Below are positions 20,041 to 30,760 of a DNA stretch of 64,000 bases, piece by piece. Each line of letters begins with the position of its first letter. Within the stretch, counting starts at the first letter, position 1. The notes beneath the pieces were generated by a model. The model was not told the DNA's origin. It saw only the letters and a program-made list of their open reading frames with translations, and did not search any database. This stretch comes from an uncultured virus (IMG/VR IMGVR_UViG_3300042301_004094) (Duplodnaviria; Heunggongvirae; Uroviricota; Caudoviricetes): positions 62,001 to 126,000 of IMG/VR virus record IMGVR_UViG_3300042301_004094. The stretch is one strand, 5' to 3'. The position numbers and the translations under genes are program-made.

Positions 20041-20049
20041 TTTTATATT

Positions 20050-20622
20050 TTATTCTGTTTCGAAAATATTCATTTTACTTGAGTATGGCTCTTCAGCCCA
20101 TAAATTTATAGCAATTGCTCTTCTAGTTCCTGTTAAAACAGTATCAACTCTATGAGGCACTTTTCCAGCATCGAAAATAATTAAACGATTTGGCCTACAC
20201 AATATAATATCAGGAGAGTTAGATTCACCATCAGTATAAACATTTAATGCACCTCCAGTAAATTCTGATCCTATTGGGTAATAAACACACCCAATTGTAG
20301 GTGTCATTCTATCTCCTGTAGCTTTTCTATATGCAACATCATCATCATAATGCATTTCTAGATAATTTCTAAATCTCCCATTAGGATCTGCTTCTTGAAC
20401 ACCTGTCCAATATTCAAATCCATCAATTGTATATAGTTTATTAAGTGGGCAATTATTTCGCCAAATATATTCTATTAACTTCTTTTTAACAGTGTTTACT
20501 TCATCATTCCACCACCCTTTCCAATAATAATACACACCAGGATCTTGAAAGAAAGTGGTATCATTTGCAATCTCATCTAATAATGTTTGATCTGTTATAA
20601 AATCATCAAATACTGTTATCAT
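20050..20622 (-). CDS. 2OG-Fe(II) dioxygenase
   Basis: MHYDDD (HxD), FTGGAL, PNRLIIFD, HRVDTVLTGTRRAIAINLW. Confidence 0.85.
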   Translation of the reverse strand: MITVFDDFITDQTLLDEIANDTTFFQDPGVYYYWKGWWNDEVNTVKKKLIEYIWRNNCPLNKLYTIDGFEYWTGVQEADPNGRFRNYLEMHYDDDVAYRKATGDRMTPTIGCVYYPIGSEFTGGALNVYTDGESNSPDIILCRPNRLIIFDAGKVPHRVDTVLTGTRRAIAINLWAEEPYSSKMNIFETE

Positions 20623-20629
20623 TTTATTA

Positions 20630-22450
20630 TTATTGTGGGTTATAAATATAATTTACATATCCTTCATCTTCACCAAATCTACTTTCAACCCATAGTGGAT
20701 GTGATGGATTTTCTTTGTAAGCCCAATCTTCTTTTCCTAATTCTTCAAAACGTTTAGCTATTCTTTCATTATAATGGTACATGATCGTTCTTACTCTACG
20801 TTGAATATCTGCACGAGATAAATCATGGGTATTTTGACCTGTATGGTTGTTATAGATAAATTGGATGTAACCAATTTTATTTATTTTACAAATTTTGGTG
20901 TGTAAAAATGTTCTAACTATTAATTCATAATCATCAGCAATCGCTAAATCTCTATTATGTCCACCAACAGCAAAATATGTATCTCTTCTCCAAGCACGAA
21001 CGTGGTTTGGAACACCAACAATATGTCTGATTGTTTTAGGATTAATGTTTTGTGTAATTACAACATCCCATTCAAATCCTCTATATTTTTCTTTTCTATA
21101 TTTACCATACCCAAAAGCAAATCCATCATCATATGTTAATGATTCCCAATTTTCATCTATTTCTACACTATCATTAAAGAAGAAACCAGCATCTGGGTGT
21201 GCTTTTGAAGCATTAATTAGATCCATTGTACAATTGTCTGTTAATAAATCATCATGATCTAATTCTGCTAATAAGAATCCTCTTGTTAAACAAGCGGCTC
21301 TGTATTTTGATTCTCCAATAATCCCTCCTGTTTTTTCTCTAAAATCATATACTTTTACTCTTGGATCTCGTTTAGCAATTTCTTCTGCTATTTTAAGTGT
21401 TTTACCACCATCAGATGAATCGTTAACCATTACCCACTCCCAATCTTGATAAGTTTGTTCAAGCAGTGAACGATAAGTATTCCATAATTTATTTCCAGTA
21501 TTATATATTGGAGTAAAATATGACACTAAATGTTCATTTGATGCTGTTAACATTTGATTCATAGCTACATTGTAAGCTATATCTCCATTTTCAGTATCAT
21601 CTTTTTCAACATTCAACCATCTTTTTCTTACTTCTAAAGGTTGATTAGTTAAATTAGCAAATTCTGAAAAATGTTTTCCAACAGTGATAATTGAATCTGG
21701 TTTGAAAGATGTTAATAATTCTTCTATATTATAATCATTTAAAACATTTAATACATCTAAACTTATGTCTTCATACCCCAAATGTTTAGTGCTTTCTAAT
21801 TTTGATGTACCACCTACATAAAGTACTTTAGGTACTCTTGCTTTTTTCTCTTTTGTTAAGTAATTATAGTAACAAAGTTCTGAATGAATAAAATGAAATT
21901 TATCTGAGAATTGTTTGTATAGATTTTCAATAAACACACCATCTCCACAATATCCACCTTCATATCTACCTTGTGTATATAAACTTTGTTTAATAACATA
22001 TTGAGCTGAGTCTATGTGTCTTAATTTCATATGTTCAGGTCCTACTTTTCTAACATCTAGGCCTGTAAAATCTTTCTTATTAACAAATTGCTCATAAATA
22101 AAAGCATCTTTATCAGGATTAGATTCAATTTCTGATTTGATAGTATCATAAAAATCAGGATGAATAATATTATCATCATCTAATATAACAACATAAACAT
22201 CTTTATGTAATTTATCAATAATATCACTTAATTGAGGATACAAATAATCAGATCCATCTCCTTTTATAAAGTGAAATCTAGTATTTGGGCTTTGTAACTC
22301 ATTCAACATTTCAGCATCAATGTCTTTTAATGTTGTTGTATCAAAGATAATATGCCAAACTACATTTATCGGACTTGGAAATACCGATTTTTTTATTGTC
22401 AATAAGTTTTGCTGACGCGTACAACGCGTTAATATATGTAATGTTACCAT
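20630..22450 (-). CDS. two-domain GT-A (family 2-like) glycosyltransferase
   Basis: N-terminal domain with VILDDDN (DxD). C-terminal domain with FTPIYNT...WEWVMVNDSSD...AELDHDD...ADDYEL. Confidence 0.9.
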   Translation of the reverse strand: MVTLHILTRCTRQQNLLTIKKSVFPSPINVVWHIIFDTTTLKDIDAEMLNELQSPNTRFHFIKGDGSDYLYPQLSDIIDKLHKDVYVVILDDDNIIHPDFYDTIKSEIESNPDKDAFIYEQFVNKKDFTGLDVRKVGPEHMKLRHIDSAQYVIKQSLYTQGRYEGGYCGDGVFIENLYKQFSDKFHFIHSELCYYNYLTKEKKARVPKVLYVGGTSKLESTKHLGYEDISLDVLNVLNDYNIEELLTSFKPDSIITVGKHFSEFANLTNQPLEVRKRWLNVEKDDTENGDIAYNVAMNQMLTASNEHLVSYFTPIYNTGNKLWNTYRSLLEQTYQDWEWVMVNDSSDGGKTLKIAEEIAKRDPRVKVYDFREKTGGIIGESKYRAACLTRGFLLAELDHDDLLTDNCTMDLINASKAHPDAGFFFNDSVEIDENWESLTYDDGFAFGYGKYRKEKYRGFEWDVVITQNINPKTIRHIVGVPNHVRAWRRDTYFAVGGHNRDLAIADDYELIVRTFLHTKICKINKIGYIQFIYNNHTGQNTHDLSRADIQRRVRTIMYHYNERIAKRFEELGKEDWAYKENPSHPLWVESRFGEDEGYVNYIYNPQ

Positions 22451-23379
22451 TCTACGTCAAAGAAAAATAGGTGAAAGAATCTTGCATTTTCGATTGCATC
22501 TCCAAAATAACCTGTTGCTGCGTGGATTGTTTTTGAATCAAACATAACCAATCTATTATAAACGTTTGCAACAGTATCTACTACTTCATATGTTGTTGAG
22601 TCATAAAAATTCATATTATTACTCAACCCTTTAAAGGTATTAAAATAATCATCACCTCTTGTTTCATCAAACCTAGTAGCACCTGTTATTTTGCTTTTAT
22701 ATGTAGCTGTACCTGTTTGAAGTGGGGCATCTGGTGTTAAATACACCATTGCTGCATATGTTTGAGAATCAACGTGATAAACGATTGGATCTTGAGAAGT
22801 ACAATATTGAAAAACACCATTTGCGTATGATTCGTAGTTCCAATTTGTAATCTTTTTACCTAAAATTTCTTCAAATTTTTCTTTAGTACCATTTAAGATA
22901 AATCTGTCGTAACTACGTTTTCCTTTATGATAACCTGATTCTTTAAATTCTAGATTGTTCATAGCATAGTTTCTAACCCAATCAGGATCACTGTAGAAAT
23001 TATCTACTACTACAATACCTTTTTTAGATACAGGGTCAAACCCTGAATGGTAAACTACCCATTTTTCAAATATGTCTATGTTATTTACAACAGAGTTGTC
23101 TTGTAAGATAAGACTAACAGGTTTGTTTAATTCCTGTTTTGTAAGAAGGATTTTAAATCCAATTTCTTCTGTTGGAATTTGAGGATAAAATTCCTTCACA
23201 TCTGGTCTTGATTCAAATCCAGGAGAAATAATTTCCTCACCAATTAGAAATGCTTTAATAGGTTGTATTGGGTGAGACACCCACCCACTAATGGTACAAA
23301 CATCGTTATTAATGATAACTTTATCAATGTACCACAATACACCACCAACGTTGGTTAAATGATTAATATGATCGGCCAT
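22444..23379 (-). CDS. 2OG-Fe(II) dioxygenase-like protein (DUF6445-like C-terminal domain) with an N-terminal beta-sandwich-like domain
   Basis: VVVDNFYSDPD...YHVDS (HxD)...MVYLTPDAP..GT...NVYNRLVMFD..IHAA...R. Confidence 0.75.
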   Translation of the reverse strand: MADHINHLTNVGGVLWYIDKVIINNDVCTISGWVSHPIQPIKAFLIGEEIISPGFESRPDVKEFYPQIPTEEIGFKILLTKQELNKPVSLILQDNSVVNNIDIFEKWVVYHSGFDPVSKKGIVVVDNFYSDPDWVRNYAMNNLEFKESGYHKGKRSYDRFILNGTKEKFEEILGKKITNWNYESYANGVFQYCTSQDPIVYHVDSQTYAAMVYLTPDAPLQTGTATYKSKITGATRFDETRGDDYFNTFKGLSNNMNFYDSTTYEVVDTVANVYNRLVMFDSKTIHAATGYFGDAIENARFFHLFFFDVEW

Positions 23380-23396
23380 AAAAGTAATTATTTTAT

Positions 23397-23428
23397 GGAA
23401 TGTACGATGAAACTATTTGATATCCAAA
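23397..23428 (-). promoter_or_regulatory. candidate Bacteroidota-type housekeeping promoter for the oxygenase/GT cassette
   Basis: Minus strand TTTG-N20-TACATTCC, resembling -33 TTTG / -7 TAnnTTTG. No ATATTTAT motif here. Confidence 0.4.
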
Positions 23429-23429
23429 C

Positions 23430-26400
23430 TTATTTGTTATCTACTAGATAATTTATTTGATTTTTTAGATCTTCGATTTGTTGTTGTTGTTCTTTCATAC
23501 CCTCTACTAACAAAGCTACAAGTTTTTCATACTTAATAGTCTTGTATGTTTCAGACATTTCTGGTATAAAATCTTTAGCTTCATCTGGGTCATTACTCGG
23601 AGTATTTAATTGTGATTGATACTCAGTAATAAATAAAGGTTCTACAGCTTCAACTTCTTGTGCAATAAGACCAATATCTTTAGTACCTGCTCTTTCTTTT
23701 ACAATGTTTACTTTTTCATCATTCCATGTATAAGTAACACCTCTAAGTTGTTTAATTTTATTTATTGCATTATCAATTGTAATAATATCTTTCTTAAGTC
23801 TAGCATCTGAGTAATAGGCAATAACATCACCTGTTGCATATAAAGTACCTGTTATAACTACACCATCACTAGCTGTTCTAAATTTTTCATTACCGTTATT
23901 GTATAGGTATTGAGCAGCATCTACATATGTAAGTATTGACCAGTTATTTAACCAAAATCCTGTAGGCCCAGACGCACCATTTGTATGCATCATTAGACAC
24001 ATACCACCATCTACTCTCCAACCAGAATATCCATTATTACTACCACCCATATACCAAGCGGTATATGAGCTTGTATTTCTATGTAAGTATTTAGCATTAT
24101 CATTATAATCATAAAATGTTCCAGCATACATTCCATTAGCTGTTAACCAGTTACCAGAATCATCACACCAGGATCCCCAACTACTTGATTGATTTAAGAA
24201 ACCAATTCGATTTGAGTTACAATGAAGTTCTCTAGTACCTTCATCACTATCAGTCATATAAATTGAGGACGCATTTGTACCTAATCCTACAGTTAGATTA
24301 CCGTACATGTATGAATGTCTAGATGAATCTAATCTAATACCCCAAGAACCAGCATTATTTAATATCCCAACGTTGTTACCTGTATCTGCATAAAAGCATC
24401 CTCTAACAGCACTACCAAAACCACCAGGTCTCATATTAAGTTGTATCCAAGAATTATTAGATGTAGCAAAATTCCATTCTCCGGTAGTTGATCCATAAAT
24501 GTGAGTATCAAGGGCTGTGTTATATAAACCTGTATTAGAATTCTGATTTCTAAACCAACCATTATTATATACGTTTGCAAATGTTGGGCCACTATCAGTT
24601 CTGACATCTTGGTTCATATTTGCAGCATTTGGATCTGACGCTGTGTTTAATAATCTTCTCCAAGAAGTCCATGAAGTTCTACCATGGTTTGCTTCAGACC
24701 TAACCCAAAGATTTGTTCCAGTTCCACCATCATAATGTCCACCAAGTTGATACATATTATAACCATTGTAACCAGACCATGTAATAACATGATTCCAACC
24801 ACCACTACCTGTATAACTAGGGTGCATAAAATCAACTCTTAATCCTCCACCTGCTAAACCTTGATCTACTAAATTAACAGGAGTTTCAGAAGTTAAATAA
24901 CTACCATATTCATAATAAGCTCTAAGATATTGACCGCTTGTGTCTTTTCTTGAAAAAGAAGATGCGTGTAAACTATCTACTGTATCTGCATTTGATACAG
25001 ATTGAGATCCTATATTGCCAGAGTCAATTACATCATGCCAAGTACCAGAACCTCTATATTGCTTAAATCTACCTTCTGCCCAAAAGTTACCACCACCATT
25101 AGCATAGTAATCACCGTTTGTAATAATGCGGTAGTTAGTATTAATAGCCTGACCAACACTTAAATAATCAGCATGTATGTGGTATACTCTAGAAGTACTA
25201 TTTGGGTCTACATAATATCCTGTATCTTGTTGATCATAAAATATATTAGCACGAATATCACTTGTGTTAATCTGGCTTCCACCATTAACTGTTAATTGAG
25301 CATTAAAATAAAAATTTGATCTATCAGTGTATATATGAGCATGACCGCTATTAGCTGGTCCAAACCAAATATAACCGGAGTCCGTATAAAATCTTACACC
25401 CCATGTACCGTCTCCAGTAAATCTTCCACTGTTTGTTGAAGTGCCAAATCTAACTGTATGTAATACAGATGTGCCATTAGGATCTGCATAATATCCTGTG
25501 TCTTGAGAATCATAAAAAATAGGAGCACGTAATGAACCTGCGGCTTCTAAGTAAACATCAGTATAAATTCGTCCATCTTCTATAAGCATTTTTCTATTTC
25601 CAGCATACATCATACTTACACTATGGCTAGTGTAACTACCTATGTATACTGAACTAGGAGTATGCACATACATACCTGCTTCTATACCAGGTGTTCTAGC
25701 ATGTAATACAAATTTAACGTGAGGACCATTACTAAATCTAATTTGTGTTCCCCATCCTCCTGGATCTGACCAATCATCACCACTATCTCCAACATAAAGG
25801 TTTCTTAAACGAGAACCTCCTGCTGGGTTTAAGTAATATGCTCTATCATTGTTGTCATAGAATATTGTTCCATATACAGCCCCTCCAGATTCTAAATAAG
25901 AGGATGCATACAAATAATCAAAGCTTCTTTGTGAAGTTGTAACGGCATTACCACTAATATTTGTTTGATCTCCTGTATTAGTTCCTGATAAGTTAGAACC
26001 ACTAACTGTTCCACTTACAGATAAATTACCATCCCTTGTTAATGTAAATCTATCTGCTGCACCATCTGCATGGAATCCCATATTAAAATTGGTGTCCATA
26101 AACCACCACCACCCATATCCAGAGTTAATGCTATTAGAAGTATTTCTTACTTGCAATTGATATCTCTGATTAGAAGATACAGCAAGAGGATAAGCTGCAC
26201 CTCCATTTATTGTAACAGCACCCGTTACTATACCACCAGAAAGAGGCAATGCGTATGATGAATAGTTACCTGCGTGTAATACTATATTACCATTATATGT
26301 CATATTCCCAGTATTGGGAATAATAAAATCTGTACCACCTGTAGTAGTAATACGCATTCTGTTACCAGATTGCATTCTAAACCAAGTATCAGTACCATCA

Positions 26401-27800
26401 AAATCTATTAATGCACGACCTATTGTAGCACTTGTACTAAATGTAACAGCTGTAGATGTACTAGCCCCTCTAGCAGTAACAGTAGCTAATGTATCAACAT
26501 AAACATTTGGACCTGCTGCACCTTGTGCACCAGTATTACCTTGAGGACCTGCTACTGATGAAGCAGCACCAGTACTACCTTGTGCACCAGTAGCGCCTTG
26601 TGCACCCGTTGCACCTTGGGCTCCATTTGAACCATTAGTTCCGTTTGTACCAGCTGTGCCTTGTAAGCCTGTCGCTCCTTGAGCTCCATTAGTACCATTA
26701 GTTCCGTTTGTACCAGCTGTGCCTTGGTCGCCTTTAAAGCCTTGGAAACCTCTGTCACCTTGGTCTCCTTTGAATCCTCTGTCGCCTTGATCGCCTTTGA
26801 AGCCTTGAAAGCCTCTATCGCCTTGAAAACCTTGAGATCCTTTATCACCTTGAGAACCTTGACGTCCTTGATCGCCTTGAGCGCCTTGTCTTCCTTGATC
26901 ACCTTGGAAACCTTGGAAACCCCTAACTCCCTGATCGCCTTGAAAGCCTCTAGGGCCTTGATCGCCTTGATTTCCTTGAGAACCAGTTGCACCTTGTGCA
27001 CCAGTACTACCTTGAGCACCTGTAGAACCTTGGATACCTTGAACAGACATATCTGTTGTAAATGACCAAGTTCCTCCACTACGTAAATACAATTTACCAT
27101 AGTCAGGATCTGATTGTGAAAGTGAGCCTCCTACTAATCCGAATTGACCTTCGGGGCAAGTATTGTCTGCTAATAATGCAGCTACTGAGTTGTATGTTTG
27201 ATAGATTGTGAATCCTTGGCCTGTTATGCCTTGATAACCTTGGTCGCCTTTAGCACCTTGAGGTCCTGTAGAACCTTGTGCACCGACTGTGCCTTGAATG
27301 CCTTGTGGGCCTTGATTTCCTTGATCACCTTTAGCACCTTGGAAACCTTGATCGCCTTGGTCACCCTTAGCGCCCTGAATGCCTTGATCGCCTTGATATC
27401 CCTGATCGCCTTGGAAGCCTTGTATTCCTTGGTCACCTTGGGCTCCTTGAATGCCTTGGTCGCCTTGGAAACCTTGGTCGCCTTGAAAGCCTTGATCACC
27501 TTTAGTACCCTGAATGCCTTGAAATCCTTGGTCACCCTTAGTGCCTTGACGTCCCTGATCACCTTGAGCTCCATCAGCTCCAACATAACCATCTTGTCCT
27601 TGAAAACCTTGGATGCCTTGTGGGCCTTGTGGACCTTGGTTACCCTGTGATCCTCTTGAAGTATAGTATATCTCCTTAGTACTTTCATTAAGTACTAAAT
27701 ATTTGTCTAATGAACCTGATGTGTCTTGGGGAACTACAGGTAGTCTAAAACTACCTGATACTTCTAATGAACCTGTAACTGACGCGTTGTGTATTCTCAT
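23430..27800 (-). CDS. long collagen-like tail fibre with C-terminal S74 chaperone
   Basis: G-X-Y runs, repeated IFYDxxDxxYYxDP modules, YYSDARLKKDI...DIGLIAQEVE...YEKLVALLVEGMKEQQ. Confidence 0.9.
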   Translation of the reverse strand: MRIHNASVTGSLEVSGSFRLPVVPQDTSGSLDKYLVLNESTKEIYYTSRGSQGNQGPQGPQGIQGFQGQDGYVGADGAQGDQGRQGTKGDQGFQGIQGTKGDQGFQGDQGFQGDQGIQGAQGDQGIQGFQGDQGYQGDQGIQGAKGDQGDQGFQGAKGDQGNQGPQGIQGTVGAQGSTGPQGAKGDQGYQGITGQGFTIYQTYNSVAALLADNTCPEGQFGLVGGSLSQSDPDYGKLYLRSGGTWSFTTDMSVQGIQGSTGAQGSTGAQGATGSQGNQGDQGPRGFQGDQGVRGFQGFQGDQGRQGAQGDQGRQGSQGDKGSQGFQGDRGFQGFKGDQGDRGFKGDQGDRGFQGFKGDQGTAGTNGTNGTNGAQGATGLQGTAGTNGTNGSNGAQGATGAQGATGAQGSTGAASSVAGPQGNTGAQGAAGPNVYVDTLATVTARGASTSTAVTFSTSATIGRALIDFDGTDTWFRMQSGNRMRITTTGGTDFIIPNTGNMTYNGNIVLHAGNYSSYALPLSGGIVTGAVTINGGAAYPLAVSSNQRYQLQVRNTSNSINSGYGWWWFMDTNFNMGFHADGAADRFTLTRDGNLSVSGTVSGSNLSGTNTGDQTNISGNAVTTSQRSFDYLYASSYLESGGAVYGTIFYDNNDRAYYLNPAGGSRLRNLYVGDSGDDWSDPGGWGTQIRFSNGPHVKFVLHARTPGIEAGMYVHTPSSVYIGSYTSHSVSMMYAGNRKMLIEDGRIYTDVYLEAAGSLRAPIFYDSQDTGYYADPNGTSVLHTVRFGTSTNSGRFTGDGTWGVRFYTDSGYIWFGPANSGHAHIYTDRSNFYFNAQLTVNGGSQINTSDIRANIFYDQQDTGYYVDPNSTSRVYHIHADYLSVGQAINTNYRIITNGDYYANGGGNFWAEGRFKQYRGSGTWHDVIDSGNIGSQSVSNADTVDSLHASSFSRKDTSGQYLRAYYEYGSYLTSETPVNLVDQGLAGGGLRVDFMHPSYTGSGGWNHVITWSGYNGYNMYQLGGHYDGGTGTNLWVRSEANHGRTSWTSWRRLLNTASDPNAANMNQDVRTDSGPTFANVYNNGWFRNQNSNTGLYNTALDTHIYGSTTGEWNFATSNNSWIQLNMRPGGFGSAVRGCFYADTGNNVGILNNAGSWGIRLDSSRHSYMYGNLTVGLGTNASSIYMTDSDEGTRELHCNSNRIGFLNQSSSWGSWCDDSGNWLTANGMYAGTFYDYNDNAKYLHRNTSSYTAWYMGGSNNGYSGWRVDGGMCLMMHTNGASGPTGFWLNNWSILTYVDAAQYLYNNGNEKFRTASDGVVITGTLYATGDVIAYYSDARLKKDIITIDNAINKIKQLRGVTYTWNDEKVNIVKERAGTKDIGLIAQEVEAVEPLFITEYQSQLNTPSNDPDEAKDFIPEMSETYKTIKYEKLVALLVEGMKEQQQQIEDLKNQINYLVDNK

Positions 27801-27879
27801 TATATTATATCGGGGTTATTCTGATATAAATATTGAGATATACTTGCTCTTAAATGTTAGTTAACAAATAATATTATTT

Positions 27880-28260
27880 TTAACAGATGTATGAACAATA
27901 CCCAACAACACTTCCTGGGGTTCCGTTACTAAAGGAAACAATTTCTGCATTAAGATTAAATGTTCCATTAAGTGGGGTAGAACCAATACTATTACCTCTT
28001 AACCATCTACCTGTAGTTGTTTGGTAAACAGTTATAACCTCATTACAACCACAATACCAATCACCAAATGATTGATATGAATCTAATGCTGTAGCTGTTA
28101 CACCATTCATAGATTCTGATGAATATCCATAAAATTCACTCATAGCATCTGGTGTTGAAAAACCAGCAGCCGCGCTTAGTGTTCTAAGACTGTTTGAACT
28201 AGATCCTAATTCGGCTTTGATTTGTGATATGCTTATTGCTCCTGATGATTGTAATGGCAT
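27880..28260 (-). CDS. small tail-fibre-associated protein
   Basis: MPLQSSGAISISQIKAELG...DAMSEFYG N-terminus, of a type commonly found after phage fibre genes. Cys-containing C-terminus. Confidence 0.7.
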   Translation of the reverse strand: MPLQSSGAISISQIKAELGSSSNSLRTLSAAAGFSTPDAMSEFYGYSSESMNGVTATALDSYQSFGDWYCGCNEVITVYQTTTGRWLRGNSIGSTPLNGTFNLNAEIVSFSNGTPGSVVGYCSYIC

Positions 28261-28289
28261 GATTATAAATATTAAGATATAATTTTAAT

Positions 28290-30704
28290 TTATTCTAATC
28301 TTAAGAAATAAATATTACCATATGCTGTATTTCCACTATTGTAATATGATGTACATCTTACTAATAATCTATGTGTTCCATTACCTAGATTATCATATGT
28401 AAATTCAAATCCTCCAGTATTCCAACCATTATCTTGATAACTAACATTTCCAAAATTTGATACACCATAAGCTGGAGAAGTCATTGACATAAAATAGTTA
28501 GCAGTATCTTTTGAAGCGGCATCACCTAAAGTTACCCAAAAATAAGCTTTAGTATCATTAAGATTAGTAAGGATTGATCTCCAGTTATTATCACATGGTG
28601 TAGCAATGGCTATCATACTATATCCATAAGGAATAGTAGCACCACTAGGAGAACCTGCTGTTATACTTGCCCAAGGTTCTGGTTTGACATTTCTAGCAAA
28701 TAAAGTATCTGTAGAATAGATATTACCAGAAACGTATAATCTATTTGAATTTGAACTATTTGTTCCTATGCTTACATTACCATCTGAAAATAAACTCAAT
28801 GCATTTACTGAATCTTGCCATTCAAAACTTAATCTTTGATTATTACTGCTTGGTTGAATATCCCAAAAACCTTGAGCTCCAGAACCTAAACGAACAGCAG
28901 GTCCAACACCATCAGAAGAAGCGTATGATAAATGTAAAGGTGTTGCTTCACCAGCAACAATCGCCTTTGTTGAGAATAAACTTTGAGTTGTAGTAATTGA
29001 ACCTGATGCATTTATAGTATTAGAGAATGTAGTAGCTCCATTATTAGATATTGTAATAGCAGATAACAAATTACCAGCATTAGCTACTTGTAAAATCATT
29101 CTACCACTATGAGCTCCATTTGTATTAGCTTGTATATCAGCATATATTCCTGCATAATTTACTGCAGCATCTACAGAATTGTTAAATTTCATATAGAAGT
29201 TTTGACCTACACCCACACCATTACTTTGTCTATGTTGTGAAATAAGTCCATGTGCGGCATAACTTACAGTTAATGGTTCAACTGGAGTATTTGTTCCTAT
29301 TGCTACACGTCCTTGATAATTTATAACAAGAGATGGAGTAAGAGTTCCACCTGGGGTTGGGGTAGTTTCAAACCATAATCCCCCTCCAAAATTATTAGGA
29401 GCACCATCATCATAAATAACACTTCTTATTCTTGAACTTTCAACTAATCCACTTACATAACTTCTATTTTTAAATAAAATAGCACCACCAAAAGGCCCAT
29501 AAGGAGCATTTCCTTGTTCTGCTGTAAGTGTTAATATGTTATGTGGTAAAGTTCTATCAGCATCAGCTGCTCTACTGAGTATTTCTACTTTTGTATTTGG
29601 GGGAGTTGTTGTCCCAATACCAACACTACCATCAACAAGTAATCCCATTGTGTTATTGGCGGATGTACTTGTACCATTAGTATTTTGTAAATGGAAATAG
29701 GTATTAACAATACCTGAACCAGGACCAGTTCTTGGAGTTAAATAAACTCTTGGAGATGCACTATTATAACCTGTGTAATATAGTTTAACATTATCATAAG
29801 AAGAATTATCCCCAACATTACCAAGTCTTAAACCTTCAGATCCTCCACCTATACTAAGCCATGAACTAAATGTAACGGCTCCGGTACCAACAATTCCTCT
29901 ACTATCAAGTGTAATCTGACCACCACCATCACCATTAATTACAAACTGTCCACCATTTGTTGAATGTGTTTGGATATATCCATATCTTGTTGCACCATTA
30001 TTACTATAAAAACCAAATGCTCCATAGTTATCAGATGATCTTCCTTTTAAAATATACCCAAATAATCCTGTTGCAGAAACACTACTTGTAAATACAGCAC
30101 TAGTTCCATTTAATTGACCAGTCATTGTATCTCCAGTTCTAGCTACTGCATCTAATGAACCCGCTGTACCTTGAGCTCCAGTTGTACCTTGAAATCCTTG
30201 AGCTCCAGTTGCTCCTTGAACTCCAGTTGCACCTTGAAGACCTGTAGGGCCTTGATTGCCTTGAGTACCTGTAAAACCTTGAAAGCCTCTATCGCCTTGA
30301 GCTCCAGTCGTTCCTTGAGGACCTATAGGGCCTTGATTGCCTTGAGGGCCTATAGAACCTTGTATACCAGTTGCACCCTGAAATCCAGTAGAGCCTTGAA
30401 CACCAGTCGCACCTTGAGAACCAGTTGCACCTTGAGGACCAATAGCAGCCACACCATTTACCAAAATTGAACCTGATACATTTAATGAACCAGTAAATTG
30501 GTGTGTATCATCAGCACTATCACCAAACTTTGTTGAGCCTGATGTATATAGTATTGATGATGATACTATTTCTGAATGGTATTCTTGTGCAGTTAATCTA
30601 CCTTGTACGGTTAAATCTCCTGTTAATGAACCTGATCCTGAAACTGCAATGTCACCAGCTGCAGTTAATAGAGATGCAAGGATTGTATTTTTACTTTTGG
30701 CCAT
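28290..30704 (-). CDS. collagen-like tail fibre without an S74 chaperone
   Basis: SGSTKFGDSADDTHQFTGS N-terminal domain, a G-X-Y run, repeated G(N/S)VGIGT-like beta motifs and a different C-terminal domain. Confidence 0.85.
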   Translation of the reverse strand: MAKSKNTILASLLTAAGDIAVSGSGSLTGDLTVQGRLTAQEYHSEIVSSSILYTSGSTKFGDSADDTHQFTGSLNVSGSILVNGVAAIGPQGATGSQGATGVQGSTGFQGATGIQGSIGPQGNQGPIGPQGTTGAQGDRGFQGFTGTQGNQGPTGLQGATGVQGATGAQGFQGTTGAQGTAGSLDAVARTGDTMTGQLNGTSAVFTSSVSATGLFGYILKGRSSDNYGAFGFYSNNGATRYGYIQTHSTNGGQFVINGDGGGQITLDSRGIVGTGAVTFSSWLSIGGGSEGLRLGNVGDNSSYDNVKLYYTGYNSASPRVYLTPRTGPGSGIVNTYFHLQNTNGTSTSANNTMGLLVDGSVGIGTTTPPNTKVEILSRAADADRTLPHNILTLTAEQGNAPYGPFGGAILFKNRSYVSGLVESSRIRSVIYDDGAPNNFGGGLWFETTPTPGGTLTPSLVINYQGRVAIGTNTPVEPLTVSYAAHGLISQHRQSNGVGVGQNFYMKFNNSVDAAVNYAGIYADIQANTNGAHSGRMILQVANAGNLLSAITISNNGATTFSNTINASGSITTTQSLFSTKAIVAGEATPLHLSYASSDGVGPAVRLGSGAQGFWDIQPSSNNQRLSFEWQDSVNALSLFSDGNVSIGTNSSNSNRLYVSGNIYSTDTLFARNVKPEPWASITAGSPSGATIPYGYSMIAIATPCDNNWRSILTNLNDTKAYFWVTLGDAASKDTANYFMSMTSPAYGVSNFGNVSYQDNGWNTGGFEFTYDNLGNGTHRLLVRCTSYYNSGNTAYGNIYFLRLE

Positions 30705-30760
30705 TATGTTGTTACCTATTTAATATAAATATTGAAGTTGATGTATTTTAATCTATCCTA

